From a phage, in the sequence record PQ374922.1: a stretch of 64,000 bases of DNA; one strand, 5' to 3'. How positions within the stretch are numbered: the stretch's first letter is position 1; each line of letters opens with the position of its first letter. The position numbers and the translations under genes are program-made. The notes under the pieces are model-generated. The model ran no database searches. It was not told the DNA's origin and worked only from the letters and a program-made list of their open reading frames with translations. Shown here piece after piece: positions 1 through 9,082 of this stretch.

Positions 1-10
1 AAAAAGAACA

Positions 11-1126
11 ATGGCGATTGCTAAAATTGGCGATCTGCATATCGGGAGCCGTAATGGTTCTCGATACGTTCGCGACTTCATCAAGAACTATCTCATCAAT
101 TATTTCATTCCTGAACTTGCCGACTCTGATATCAAAGAGGTCTGGCAGTTCGGTGATACGTTTGATGTCCGCAAATTCATGTACGGTCGTGACAAAGACT
201 GGCTGAAGGATGAACTCACCCCTGCGTTGAAAGCGGCTGGTATCAAGTGGAATGGCATCGTGGGCAACCATGATATCACCCTGGAAGAGTCCAACCGCAT
301 CAACTGGCCATCCTACCTGAACGAACTCGACCCGGATGTGTACTGCTATTACAGCGAACCGACCGAAGTGATGATCGAGGGTGTCAAGACTCTGCTGCTG
401 CCTTGGATCAACAAGGAGAACTATGATGCGTCTATTAAAGCGATACAAGATACAGACGCCGAGTACTGTTTTGCGCATCTGGAGCTGGCGGGGTTCAAAA
501 TGTATCAGTCTTCTACTTGTGATCACGGTCAGATCGACGTTGCTCTGCTTTCCAAGTTTACCAGAGTCGACACGGGTCATTTCCATACCCGTTCGATGGA
601 AGGTAACATTCAATATATTGGGACTCCATATCACCTGAACTGGGAAGACTACAAAGACGGTACCAACCGTGGCTTCTATGTGGACGACATGCGTGGTGGT
701 GAGATCTTTATCCCGAACGCCGAGCACCAGACGCTGTTCCGCTATGTGGAATATGATTACACCAAGTTGTCCTCTGATGAAGAAGGTAATTGGATCGACC
801 CGGAATGGTTGAACACAGGCTTGGGTATTGAAGGGCAAATTGTTAAGGTTATTGTACAGAACCGTGACAATGCTAAGCATTATGAAAAGTTCTATGATGC
901 CATGAAGCGCTGTAAGTGCATTGACTACAACTTCATCGACCGGACGATTACTGTTGCTGCCGAGAAGGTTGAGGTCACCGAAGAGATGGTGGCGACCGAT
1001 GCGGTGGAAGTCCTGAAGAAGGATATCCGCGCCGGGAACAACATTCAGCGCCCCGACAATGTCTGTAAACTGGCAGAGCACTTCTATAATGCTGCCCAAC
1101 AACGCCTGAACAAACTGGATGCATAA
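11..1126 (+). CDS. 47: Mre11/SbcD-like recombination nuclease subunit (T4 gp47 family)
   Basis: 371-aa ORF; calcineurin-like phosphoesterase motifs GDLHIG and GNHD; directly followed by Rad50-like ORF as in the T4 46/47 pair. Confidence 0.85.
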   Translation: MAIAKIGDLHIGSRNGSRYVRDFIKNYLINYFIPELADSDIKEVWQFGDTFDVRKFMYGRDKDWLKDELTPALKAAGIKWNGIVGNHDITLEESNRINWPSYLNELDPDVYCYYSEPTEVMIEGVKTLLLPWINKENYDASIKAIQDTDAEYCFAHLELAGFKMYQSSTCDHGQIDVALLSKFTRVDTGHFHTRSMEGNIQYIGTPYHLNWEDYKDGTNRGFYVDDMRGGEIFIPNAEHQTLFRYVEYDYTKLSSDEEGNWIDPEWLNTGLGIEGQIVKVIVQNRDNAKHYEKFYDAMKRCKCIDYNFIDRTITVAAEKVEVTEEMVATDAVEVLKKDIRAGNNIQRPDNVCKLAEHFYNAAQQRLNKLDA

Positions 1127-3464
1127 CATGACTCAGAGCACAGATATCTTGACCAAATTTGGTAATCTTTTGAAGGAAGCCGACGCCCCGGTCGAGGTTG
1201 AAGTCCCATTTGAAGTGCGTAACGTTGTTACACACAAACTGACCTTCCGCAAAGGCCGCGCCAAGAACTTCCGCTCCATCGGCAATCAGTTCATGGAGAT
1301 TGATTATCAGCGCAACCCGGCCACCCTTGTTACGTCTGATGACAACGGCGCGGGTAAATCCACGATGCTGGTATGGCTGCTGTTTTTCGTACTGTACAAC
1401 GACACATACAGCAAGAAGGAGAAGAAGGCAGGTCTGGTTAACTCACAGAGCCGCAAGGAATGTGTGGGTGAGGTGGAGTTTGCCTGCCGTGGTAGCGAAT
1501 GGAAGGTTCGCCGTGGCATTAAACCTGACTTTGTTGAAGTCTACCAGATGGTGGACGGCAAGTGGTTGCAGATCGATAACGAAGCAGCCAAAGCCGACAT
1601 GAACAAGTACATCGTGAACCTCATCGGCGTGGACCAGAAGATGTTTGAGAACTCTCTGGTGCTGGGCAAAGAGAAGTTCATTCCGTTCACGGAGATGTAC
1701 ACAGCCGACCGCCGCGCCATGGTGGAGACTATCTGGGACTTGGGCTTCTTCAGCCTGATGAACGAAGATGTCAAGGCTGCCATCAAGAAAGCGAACGAAA
1801 AGCTGGACACGATAGCGAATGAATGTGCGTTGAAGGTTGTTGACCGCACCAACAAGAAGACGCAGCTACAGCAGATAGAGCGGTCCAATGCCCTTATCCA
1901 ACAGCAGTCGGCCGATATCCTTGTACAGCAACAGGAAGCCCTGACTTCCCTAGACGCTGACATCGCCGCCCAGAATGAAGAGCGCACCCGCCTCACGGCT
2001 GTGGAGTTTGAAGCCACCCAGGAAATGAAGACGGTAGAAAGCCGCCTGCATGATGAATCCATGGTGGAGATCGAGGCTGTCAAGAAAGACTTTGATGCCA
2101 AGATCCAGGCGGTGAAGGACGCCGCGCAGGACAAGGCTGACGATTATGAGCGCATCGAAGTGTCTACTGCGGAGCATGATCTTCAGGTCTTGCGTGACCG
2201 CGCCTTTACAGTGGCCGAACGCAAGAACACCCTGCTCACCGAGCGCAACACAAACCTGGACACCCTGAACGCTGCTATTCAGCGCCGCCAGCAGGGTGAG
2301 AACTTCCGTATCAAGTTCCAGACTGAAATGGAGGGGCATCAGTCGGCCATCAAGCGCTTCCACGATATGGGGACTTGCCCAACATGTACCCAACTGGTGT
2401 CTGATGACACCAAGGCGCGGATTGAGAGTGAGTACAATCCTCGGATCCAGGAACTACAGTCGAAGTTAGATCAACTGGACAAAGTTACCGCCGATATCAA
2501 TGTCCTGATCGATGATCACAAGGCTCAGGACGACAAGCTGGTTGCTGACATTGCTGTGTTGGATGCTGAACTGGATGCCATGCGCAAGCAGGCCGACGAA
2601 ATCGTTGACAACATCAAGCAGCTGCGCCGTGATATTCAAGGTTTTCATGATGCCGCCACGATTGAGTGTAATTCGCTGAACCGTGAATGCCAACAGAAGA
2701 TCCTTGACATCCGTAAGGCACTGAACGTTCGTTTTGAAGATATCACTGCTTCGCTGCAACAGACGCGAGAGAATGCCGTCAGCGGGATTAAAGCCGTCGA
2801 TGATAAGATCGCCGAGCTGAAAGTCCGTCGTGCTCCTCTCGTGGCGTCTATTGCCGATCTGGAGCGTAAACTGGCTGTACAGCCAACACCTACCACCGAC
2901 CTGGAGAACTCTATCGCTGCGTTGGAAGGTGAACTGGAGGCTCTGTATGAACTCCGTGAAGATGCAGATGAGGAACTCCAGGACTTACAGCACCTGCTGT
3001 TCTTCTTGAAGGATGACCAGACCAAGGCGCGTATCATCTCCCTGTACTTGCCATTCCTCAATAGCAAGATCAACGAGTATCTTGAAGCCCTCAACATGTT
3101 CTTGGACATCGTTGTTGACGATACCTTTGAGATCACCATGAGCGCAGCAGGTCGCAAAGGACAGAGTATCTTCTCCCTGTCTACTGGCCAGCGCAGTCGT
3201 CTGAACCTGGCTGTAACATTAGCTCTGCGCGATGTGGCTAACCTCAAGGCATCGGTGCAATGTAACCTGTTTGTCCTGGACGAAATCCTTGAGAACATGA
3301 GCGAGCGCGGGGTGCAGGAATCGGTTGAGATGTTGAAGCATAAGTTCGGCGGGAACAACCTGTTTGTTATTAGCCAGCGCGAACAGGAGTTCCAGGAATA
3401 CTTCCAACACAACATTCGCTACGGCCTGCGAAACGGCCTGACTGAAGTCATCAAGAAGGATTGA
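1119..3464 (+). CDS. 46: Rad50/SbcC-like recombination ATPase (T4 gp46 family)
   Basis: 781-aa ORF; Walker A GAGKST near N-terminus, long coiled-coil centre, C-terminal LSTGQRSRL and LFVLDEILE (signature/Walker B); start overlaps gp47 stop (ATG 1119 or 1128). Confidence 0.85.
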   Translation: MHNMTQSTDILTKFGNLLKEADAPVEVEVPFEVRNVVTHKLTFRKGRAKNFRSIGNQFMEIDYQRNPATLVTSDDNGAGKSTMLVWLLFFVLYNDTYSKKEKKAGLVNSQSRKECVGEVEFACRGSEWKVRRGIKPDFVEVYQMVDGKWLQIDNEAAKADMNKYIVNLIGVDQKMFENSLVLGKEKFIPFTEMYTADRRAMVETIWDLGFFSLMNEDVKAAIKKANEKLDTIANECALKVVDRTNKKTQLQQIERSNALIQQQSADILVQQQEALTSLDADIAAQNEERTRLTAVEFEATQEMKTVESRLHDESMVEIEAVKKDFDAKIQAVKDAAQDKADDYERIEVSTAEHDLQVLRDRAFTVAERKNTLLTERNTNLDTLNAAIQRRQQGENFRIKFQTEMEGHQSAIKRFHDMGTCPTCTQLVSDDTKARIESEYNPRIQELQSKLDQLDKVTADINVLIDDHKAQDDKLVADIAVLDAELDAMRKQADEIVDNIKQLRRDIQGFHDAATIECNSLNRECQQKILDIRKALNVRFEDITASLQQTRENAVSGIKAVDDKIAELKVRRAPLVASIADLERKLAVQPTPTTDLENSIAALEGELEALYELREDADEELQDLQHLLFFLKDDQTKARIISLYLPFLNSKINEYLEALNMFLDIVVDDTFEITMSAAGRKGQSIFSLSTGQRSRLNLAVTLALRDVANLKASVQCNLFVLDEILENMSERGVQESVEMLKHKFGGNNLFVISQREQEFQEYFQHNIRYGLRNGLTEVIKKD

Positions 3465-3466
3465 TC

Positions 3467-3631
3467 ATGAACTACGAACAAATTAAACTCGCAATCCTGG
3501 TCTTTGCATGCATCATTGACATCGTTGCGTTTTCTCGTGAAGTCGAAAGGAAAAACTACCTGAAATCACTGGGGTATCTCGGGTTCTCTGTCTGTTTCTG
3601 TTATCTACTTGCAGGTCAAATCCTGAAATGA
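3467..3631 (+). CDS. small hydrophobic protein (54 aa)
   Basis: ATG 2 nt after gp46 stop; predicted hydrophobic helices (LAILVFACIIDIVAF, YLGFSVCFCYLLAG); stop overlaps next start (ATGA); below ORF-track size cutoff. Confidence 0.35.
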   Translation: MNYEQIKLAILVFACIIDIVAFSREVERKNYLKSLGYLGFSVCFCYLLAGQILK

Positions 3632-3957
3632 AAGTCGTCCACTTCAAGAAGGAGCCATACGACGTCTACATCGGTCGTCCCGGTAAATGGGGGAACCCAT
3701 TTGAGGTCAAAGACCATGGACGAGGCGTCTGTATCGAACTGTTTGAGGACGACCTGTATGTGCGCCTGATTGAAGGGGATATCACTGAGGATGAACTCCT
3801 TGATCTTGACGGGAAGGTATTGGGGTGCTGGTGTAAGCCGCGCCCCTGCCACGGAGATGTTTACGTCAAAGTCGTCGGGCGTATTAAACTATTCCGCAAG
3901 CTGGGTAAATCCTTTACTGAACATCTGAGACAAACGTATGTCAGAAAACAAAGATGA
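3628..3957 (+). CDS. DUF4326-like protein
   Basis: 109-aa ORF with conserved-looking core VYIGRPGKWGNPF ... GCWCKPRPCHGD recalled as typical of the DUF4326 family; function unknown. Confidence 0.45.
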   Translation: MKVVHFKKEPYDVYIGRPGKWGNPFEVKDHGRGVCIELFEDDLYVRLIEGDITEDELLDLDGKVLGCWCKPRPCHGDVYVKVVGRIKLFRKLGKSFTEHLRQTYVRKQR

Positions 3958-4222
3958 AATTCAGGAATCCTGTGACATTGCTGTGGAGATATGGAATCGC
4001 AGGAATCCTCATTACCAAGTGACCGTCACTCCGAATCGTTATCTTGAGCAGGGTGGTCTGATTGTGGTTGATGCTGTACTCGCTTTCAACAAGTACCAAG
4101 ATATGCAGATCCTGGACGGCAACTTTACCGTCGCGACCAAGACGGCATGGGATGACCCTCTACAGTTCGTCTACGGCTGGCTGGAGTGCATCGAGGAATC
4201 CTACCACCTCATCTACGAATGA
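3938..4222 (+). CDS. hypothetical protein
   Basis: 94-aa ORF overlapping upstream gene end; no recognisable motif. Confidence 0.45.
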   Translation: MSENKDEIQESCDIAVEIWNRRNPHYQVTVTPNRYLEQGGLIVVDAVLAFNKYQDMQILDGNFTVATKTAWDDPLQFVYGWLECIEESYHLIYE

Positions 4223-4318
4223 GGCTGAAGGGCACTAAATACCACGTGCCCTTTATCTTTTAACCCCTGTCAGGAGGCTCAATCGAGCTGCAAGTCGACA
4301 AACATAAGGAACGCCATC

Positions 4319-4933
4319 ATGACGATGACAACGTTGAAGGTCATGGCCTTGTCCGTGACCTTTACCATTGCCAGCGGGAATGTGCACGCTTCCCAAAGTA
4401 CCACCCAATGTGTTTATAATTTCTCCGAGCAACAACTTAATACGATGGCAACCGCCTATCACGTGGGCAAGACACAAGATCTTGGCTACACTCTGGCCGC
4501 CATATCTTGGCGTGAGAGCCGCGCTGGCGAAGATGTAGTGTCAATGCGATACGGCCTCAAGGCGGCCAACATGGGAGCCTTTCAGAACAAGGTGAAGACA
4601 GTTGGTGATCGCGAAGGTTGTAAGAATCGCAAGTGCTATGCCAATGTCGCTATAAAGTTGCTGACCGACCAAGAATATGCCGCGCAAGCCGCCCTCGATG
4701 AGATGCAGTTCTGGCTGACCTATCACAATCAGAATATCCGCAAATCCCTCTCCTCTTACAATGCTGGCTTCGCCCGTAATCCTGCATCGAACGCTTATGC
4801 TGCCGACGTCGTGAAGAAAGCTAAATATCTTCAGAAATGTGTGTCCTTCGAAGGCCGGACCATCTCCGAGGTAGATCCTCAGGTGATCGCCATGAACAAG
4901 CACACAATAGAGAAACTGAAGAGGACAAGATAA
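4319..4933 (+). CDS. secreted lytic transglycosylase-like protein (SLT-domain motifs)
   Basis: N-terminal signal-peptide-like segment (LKVMALSVTFTIASGNVHA); SLT family-1 motifs in order: ES (ISWRESRAG), GxxQ (MGAFQN), AYNAG (SYNAGF). Confidence 0.55.
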   Translation: MTMTTLKVMALSVTFTIASGNVHASQSTTQCVYNFSEQQLNTMATAYHVGKTQDLGYTLAAISWRESRAGEDVVSMRYGLKAANMGAFQNKVKTVGDREGCKNRKCYANVAIKLLTDQEYAAQAALDEMQFWLTYHNQNIRKSLSSYNAGFARNPASNAYAADVVKKAKYLQKCVSFEGRTISEVDPQVIAMNKHTIEKLKRTR

Positions 4934-5571
4934 TGAACATCACTCCATCTCAGGCCGGATATGAACATATCTTGGTCTTCATTGCTCTACAGGGTGCGAA
5001 GGAAGGCATCATCGTATCCGAGTACTCAGGTACGGTTCGCCTTGCTGATTATGTCGCACCGGAGGCATTTATCAAGAAGTGTATTGACGCATGGTGCCTC
5101 TATGCCCTCAGCACATACCCTGCTCCTCCTGAGGGTGAGCTGTTGTTTACTGTGCCGACTCCGGCTGTTGGCGATACAGACGCGATCTTTGCCGATATGC
5201 TGGCCAAGGGGTATTTGGTGTATGACCTCACCCACGATGTCTACTCCTTTACTTCGCTGAACACCGTGTTTGGATTCACCATCACATCTGAAGCCAACAT
5301 CCCTGACTGGGGTATTTTGGCGTGGGGCGTTGACGGTCTGGGTGCAACCTACGCATCGTCTGACGTCGGTGCGGTTCTGATTGATGAGGGTGTCACCATG
5401 GAGCAGTACCTTGCCCAGTTCCCTCAGCACAATATCACAGGCAGCGACATCATTTTGGTCCAGCCTGGCGCTATCGCTCTCCCCCGTTTGGTGGATGGAT
5501 TGAAGCCTCAGCTGAAGGACATCATCGCAGGTATTCGATCCCACATTCCGGTTGTGAATCTGACGCCGTAA
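4933..5571 (+). CDS. hypothetical protein
   Basis: ATG at 4933 overlaps upstream stop (TAATG); 212 aa; followed by hairpin terminator. Confidence 0.55.
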   Translation: MNITPSQAGYEHILVFIALQGAKEGIIVSEYSGTVRLADYVAPEAFIKKCIDAWCLYALSTYPAPPEGELLFTVPTPAVGDTDAIFADMLAKGYLVYDLTHDVYSFTSLNTVFGFTITSEANIPDWGILAWGVDGLGATYASSDVGAVLIDEGVTMEQYLAQFPQHNITGSDIILVQPGAIALPRLVDGLKPQLKDIIAGIRSHIPVVNLTP

Positions 5572-5585
5572 AAATAATTCAATAA

Positions 5586-5604
5586 AAGGGGCTTTCGCCC
5601 CTTT
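5586..5604 (+). terminator. intrinsic terminator
   Basis: GGGGC-TTTC-GCCCC hairpin followed by TTT; after gene ending 5571. Confidence 0.55.
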
Positions 5605-5630
5605 ACTTCTTCAATATCCTTCCCTATACT
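5602..5630 (+). promoter_or_regulatory. sigma70-like early promoter, copy A (TTTACT-N17-TATACT)
   Basis: -35 5602..5607, -10 5625..5630; directly after terminator hairpin; shares extended similarity with copy at 18820. Confidence 0.5.
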
Positions 5631-5678
5631 TCATTCCATAAGCAGTACGACACCAACTTGAATAGCAGGAACTATATC

Positions 5679-6014
5679 ATGACACAACTCAAGAACTTCA
5701 CCGCCGATGACATGTTTGCCTTCCAGGGTGCTGAGCACTTTGCTGACGGCTCTGTACCTCGCATCTACTACTTCTCCGACGAAGAGATGGAAGCGTTCTT
5801 CGACCTGATGGAAAAGGACTACGAATCGAGCGACTTCGTTTATATCATCCATCACGCTGAAGGACTGACCTTGGGTTGGACGGCCAACAACGAACCAGAA
5901 GAAGTAAACTTCCCTGAAGGTATCATGTCAGAGCGCGTCGAATATCTACTGGAAGCCCTGGACCCCCACACCCTCCCGCTCTGGGCGATGTCTGTAGCCC
6001 AAGTTCAAAAATAA
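5679..6014 (+). CDS. hypothetical protein
   Basis: ATG 5679 preceded by conserved leader GGAACTATATC; acidic 111-aa product; downstream hairpin terminator. Confidence 0.55.
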   Translation: MTQLKNFTADDMFAFQGAEHFADGSVPRIYYFSDEEMEAFFDLMEKDYESSDFVYIIHHAEGLTLGWTANNEPEEVNFPEGIMSERVEYLLEALDPHTLPLWAMSVAQVQK

Positions 6015-6018
6015 GATA

Positions 6019-6040
6019 AGGGGGCTGACGCTCCCTTTTG
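6019..6040 (+). terminator. intrinsic terminator
   Basis: AGGGGGC-TGAC-GCTCCCT hairpin (one G-U pair) followed by TTTT. Confidence 0.5.
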
Positions 6041-6089
6041 GTTTCGCTAATTAGAAGAAACCGCCGTTAATTCAGTCAGGAGATATAAA

Positions 6090-9008
6090 ATGTCAAAGCT
6101 AAGTTTCCTCCAGTTCATGCAGGAAAGAGATCAGTTGGACGAAGCGTTCAACTCCGCTCCGTATGAGCTGACCATGGGCAAGAAGAACGCAGGCGATGTG
6201 TTCTTCACCTTCATCGACGAAGATGAAAAGGAATACCGTATTCAGTTCTATACCCCTCAGGGGCTGGGTAAGAGTGTTCGTCAGGTTTTCATCGGCCAGA
6301 AGCGCGGCTCCGTCTATCCTGACGCCATCGCTCGCTTCAAGAACCCAATGCGCGTTATCGCTTCCATGATCGAAGCGACCAAACAATTCATGGCGACTCC
6401 TCTGGGCAAGACCATCGATGGCTTTGCTGTCAACTTCTCTAAGAAAGCCCTGGATCGCGGTATGACCCTGATTCCTAAGATCATCCGCCAGTCCGGCCTG
6501 AAGCAGAAACTGAACGTCATGGACCTGACCTACGCGCCTGTTCCTGACCGTGGTTATGTGTGGCTAGTTCGTAAGGGTAAAGATCCGGCTCAGGTATTCG
6601 ACGGTCCGAAGATGCAGGGTATCACCTGGGATGATCCAGACAAAGTCGGTGACGTTCCGGTTCAGAACAATACTCCGGATGTGGGAGTTGGGGCTGGTTC
6701 TTCTGAAATCGAAGTCAACCGCGAGTGGTACAACAGCTCGGACACTGGTCTGGAGTTGAAGAGCGGGCGAGACCCGATTCGTGGAAATTACGTCCGTCTG
6801 ATAAGCGGTTCGAAAGAAGTAGCCACATTCTATGGTTATGATTTTGACAAATATCCAGACGGGACTGAGGTATCTTGGAATATGAAGCGCGGCTTCACCA
6901 ACCAAGACTTGGTCGGTGCGTCCATGACCAAACAGAAGAAAGGTATGTACGATCAGTACACTTTCAAGAAAGGTACTCAGATAATTCTGGTGGTGGACGT
7001 TGACACCAGCAATGACACCAGCAATGACACCAGCAATGGCAACGGATGGAAATTAACTTCAAACGGGGATCAGCCCATGTTGTTATGGGCTGGTAAGGAG
7101 AGAGGCCGCACGAACACGGCAAATATCGCTCCCCACTACAATGAGCCGGGCGTGTATGTTGGCGCATACATGAATGAGAAACCTGTGCGTGGGCAAAGTG
7201 CTGATTTCATTGCTCGTCAGTTGAAATTACCGCAAGTCCCTATCAATATCCTGAATGATTTCACCATGGCGTCTACAAAATTTTGGAAAGGTTCTCAAAA
7301 CAGTTCAGACAGAAATAACCCAGCCAACATTATCGGTTCTGGAACTGCTGTTATTGATGCCAAACGACTTGGTGCTCGAGAAGTAAACGTTGAACGATTC
7401 AAAAACGGTGTTCGCATGCGTTCTCAAAACGGTGACGTCGACATCAGTATTTCTGACCCAGACTTTTCAAATGCAGCAAGTGCGACTGATGCTGCTACTG
7501 CCTCTGTTGTGGTCAAGAACGGGCGTTACGAAGGTGCCATCAATTCAAAGCGCAAGATTGCCCGCACCTCGTACGAGCAGGGTACTGAATGGGATATCAT
7601 CGGTGTCAACGGGGAAACCCTTGTCTCTATCAAGTTGAACAAAGTGTCTAAATCCGCATCGGATTCGACCGAGGGTGCAACCAGTGTTGATCAATTACGT
7701 GACAGTGGTTTCATCGCTCGTGTTCTGGGTATCATTGATACCAACGTTGGGCTGGACACTTCTATTCTTCCTGGTGAAAACATCCGTCGCGTGGGCGCTG
7801 GTCGTTACACGACGGCAGGCGGGTTGGTTATCGTTGTCAACTTCACAAACGTCCTCGCTGGTTTCGTTCAATACTCAGTTTTCAGCGAAATTGCTGAAGA
7901 GGAGAACGTGGCCAAAGGTAGCGCCCGTGACGTCGCCAATGCGGTAATTGCGTCCATCTTTGAGGTTGCCAAGACCCAGTACACTGGGAAATGGGAAATT
8001 AGCGCAGTGCCAACAAGCGCTCCATATCCTATCAAAGCCATTCGCCGTTCTCGGGGCTGGGGTTATGTGGAAACCGCAAACTGGACTCTGACAGTGTCCG
8101 ACGCTGTCCTGAATCGTGTGAAGCCAGGGAAAACTGCCCTACTGGAACTCATCAAAGAACCTCCGCGTGGCAAGCACCCGCTGGAAATCATCCCAGAGAA
8201 GGGCGACAAGACCCTGATGCTGAAAGATCGTATTACCGGGGCCATCTATGGTTCTATCGACCTGAATGCCCAAGGCGCTGATCTGGTCAACTCTGGAACC
8301 CTGAAGATGCCACGCAACGCCATGGTGTTTGGTGAGACTGTCAACGGTATGTCCATTCGGTGGGATGTCAATTTCCCCGAAACGGGAAAATACGCCGGTG
8401 CTTCTATGATAACCAACGTGACCTATTACTACGACAAAGGTAAAGTTGCATTCACCCCAATTGTCTCTCAGAAAGGGCGTACCCTGAACAATCCGAAGAC
8501 ATATGAACTTCCTTTAAACAAAGATATGGTCCAGAGTGTGATTGATGAGATTTCATCAAAAATGGAATATCTTTCCAGAAACCTCCAACAGTTGAAAAGT
8601 CAGTCATACAACCCAAACCAGGTGTTCTTGAACGATATAACCATCACGGATAAAGGTGAAGTGATTTGGAATGATTACAACTTGTCTGACGGCAAAGTTA
8701 CACAAATTATGCTGTCCATGATAAGCGCAGAAAATAAACGTCTAGAGAAAGTGGCAAACAAGCCGGATATCAATATCACATTGCCAAAGAAACAAGCTGA
8801 AGTGATAGAATTTATAAACCGGATGATCGACATTGATCTCACCCCTTATGTGAGAACCCCCAAAAAACGTGATGTGGTATTATTTGACTCTTCTGAATTG
8901 TCGATGAACCAACTCAACAACATAGAACGCCTGGGAAGAGAAACAGGAAAATGGTCTCTTCAGTCAAACGGCGGTATGGGTCATGCACTATTTCTGAATG
9001 TTTGGTGA
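6090..9008 (+). CDS. large hypothetical protein (972 aa) with internal (DTSN)x3 repeat
   Basis: Uninterrupted 2.9-kb ORF with good SD (AGGAG) upstream; flanked by hairpins; no catalytic motif recognised; 3-prime third is AT-richer than the rest. Confidence 0.65.
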   Translation: MSKLSFLQFMQERDQLDEAFNSAPYELTMGKKNAGDVFFTFIDEDEKEYRIQFYTPQGLGKSVRQVFIGQKRGSVYPDAIARFKNPMRVIASMIEATKQFMATPLGKTIDGFAVNFSKKALDRGMTLIPKIIRQSGLKQKLNVMDLTYAPVPDRGYVWLVRKGKDPAQVFDGPKMQGITWDDPDKVGDVPVQNNTPDVGVGAGSSEIEVNREWYNSSDTGLELKSGRDPIRGNYVRLISGSKEVATFYGYDFDKYPDGTEVSWNMKRGFTNQDLVGASMTKQKKGMYDQYTFKKGTQIILVVDVDTSNDTSNDTSNGNGWKLTSNGDQPMLLWAGKERGRTNTANIAPHYNEPGVYVGAYMNEKPVRGQSADFIARQLKLPQVPINILNDFTMASTKFWKGSQNSSDRNNPANIIGSGTAVIDAKRLGAREVNVERFKNGVRMRSQNGDVDISISDPDFSNAASATDAATASVVVKNGRYEGAINSKRKIARTSYEQGTEWDIIGVNGETLVSIKLNKVSKSASDSTEGATSVDQLRDSGFIARVLGIIDTNVGLDTSILPGENIRRVGAGRYTTAGGLVIVVNFTNVLAGFVQYSVFSEIAEEENVAKGSARDVANAVIASIFEVAKTQYTGKWEISAVPTSAPYPIKAIRRSRGWGYVETANWTLTVSDAVLNRVKPGKTALLELIKEPPRGKHPLEIIPEKGDKTLMLKDRITGAIYGSIDLNAQGADLVNSGTLKMPRNAMVFGETVNGMSIRWDVNFPETGKYAGASMITNVTYYYDKGKVAFTPIVSQKGRTLNNPKTYELPLNKDMVQSVIDEISSKMEYLSRNLQQLKSQSYNPNQVFLNDITITDKGEVIWNDYNLSDGKVTQIMLSMISAENKRLEKVANKPDINITLPKKQAEVIEFINRMIDIDLTPYVRTPKKRDVVLFDSSELSMNQLNNIERLGRETGKWSLQSNGGMGHALFLNVW
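7002..7037 (+). repeat. in-frame tandem repeat (GACACCAGCAAT)x3 encoding (DTSN)x3
   Basis: Three perfect 12-nt units inside the 972-aa ORF. Confidence 0.9.
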
Positions 9009-9082
9009 AACCAGCTGGACTTGAGAACAGAATAAAGCCCCTCCGGGGGCTAATTACATCTAAATCCCCGAGGAGAGATCCA

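Noticed and set aside
7002-7037. Possible CRISPR-like repeat array
   Set aside because: Only three direct 12-nt units with no spacers, lying in frame inside a long ORF; this is a coding microsatellite. No repeat-spacer architecture found elsewhere in the window.
9036-9055. Terminator after the 972-aa ORF
   Set aside because: AGCCCC-TCCG-GGGGCT hairpin is present but is followed by AATTA rather than a U-tract; kept only as a possible RNA-stability hairpin.
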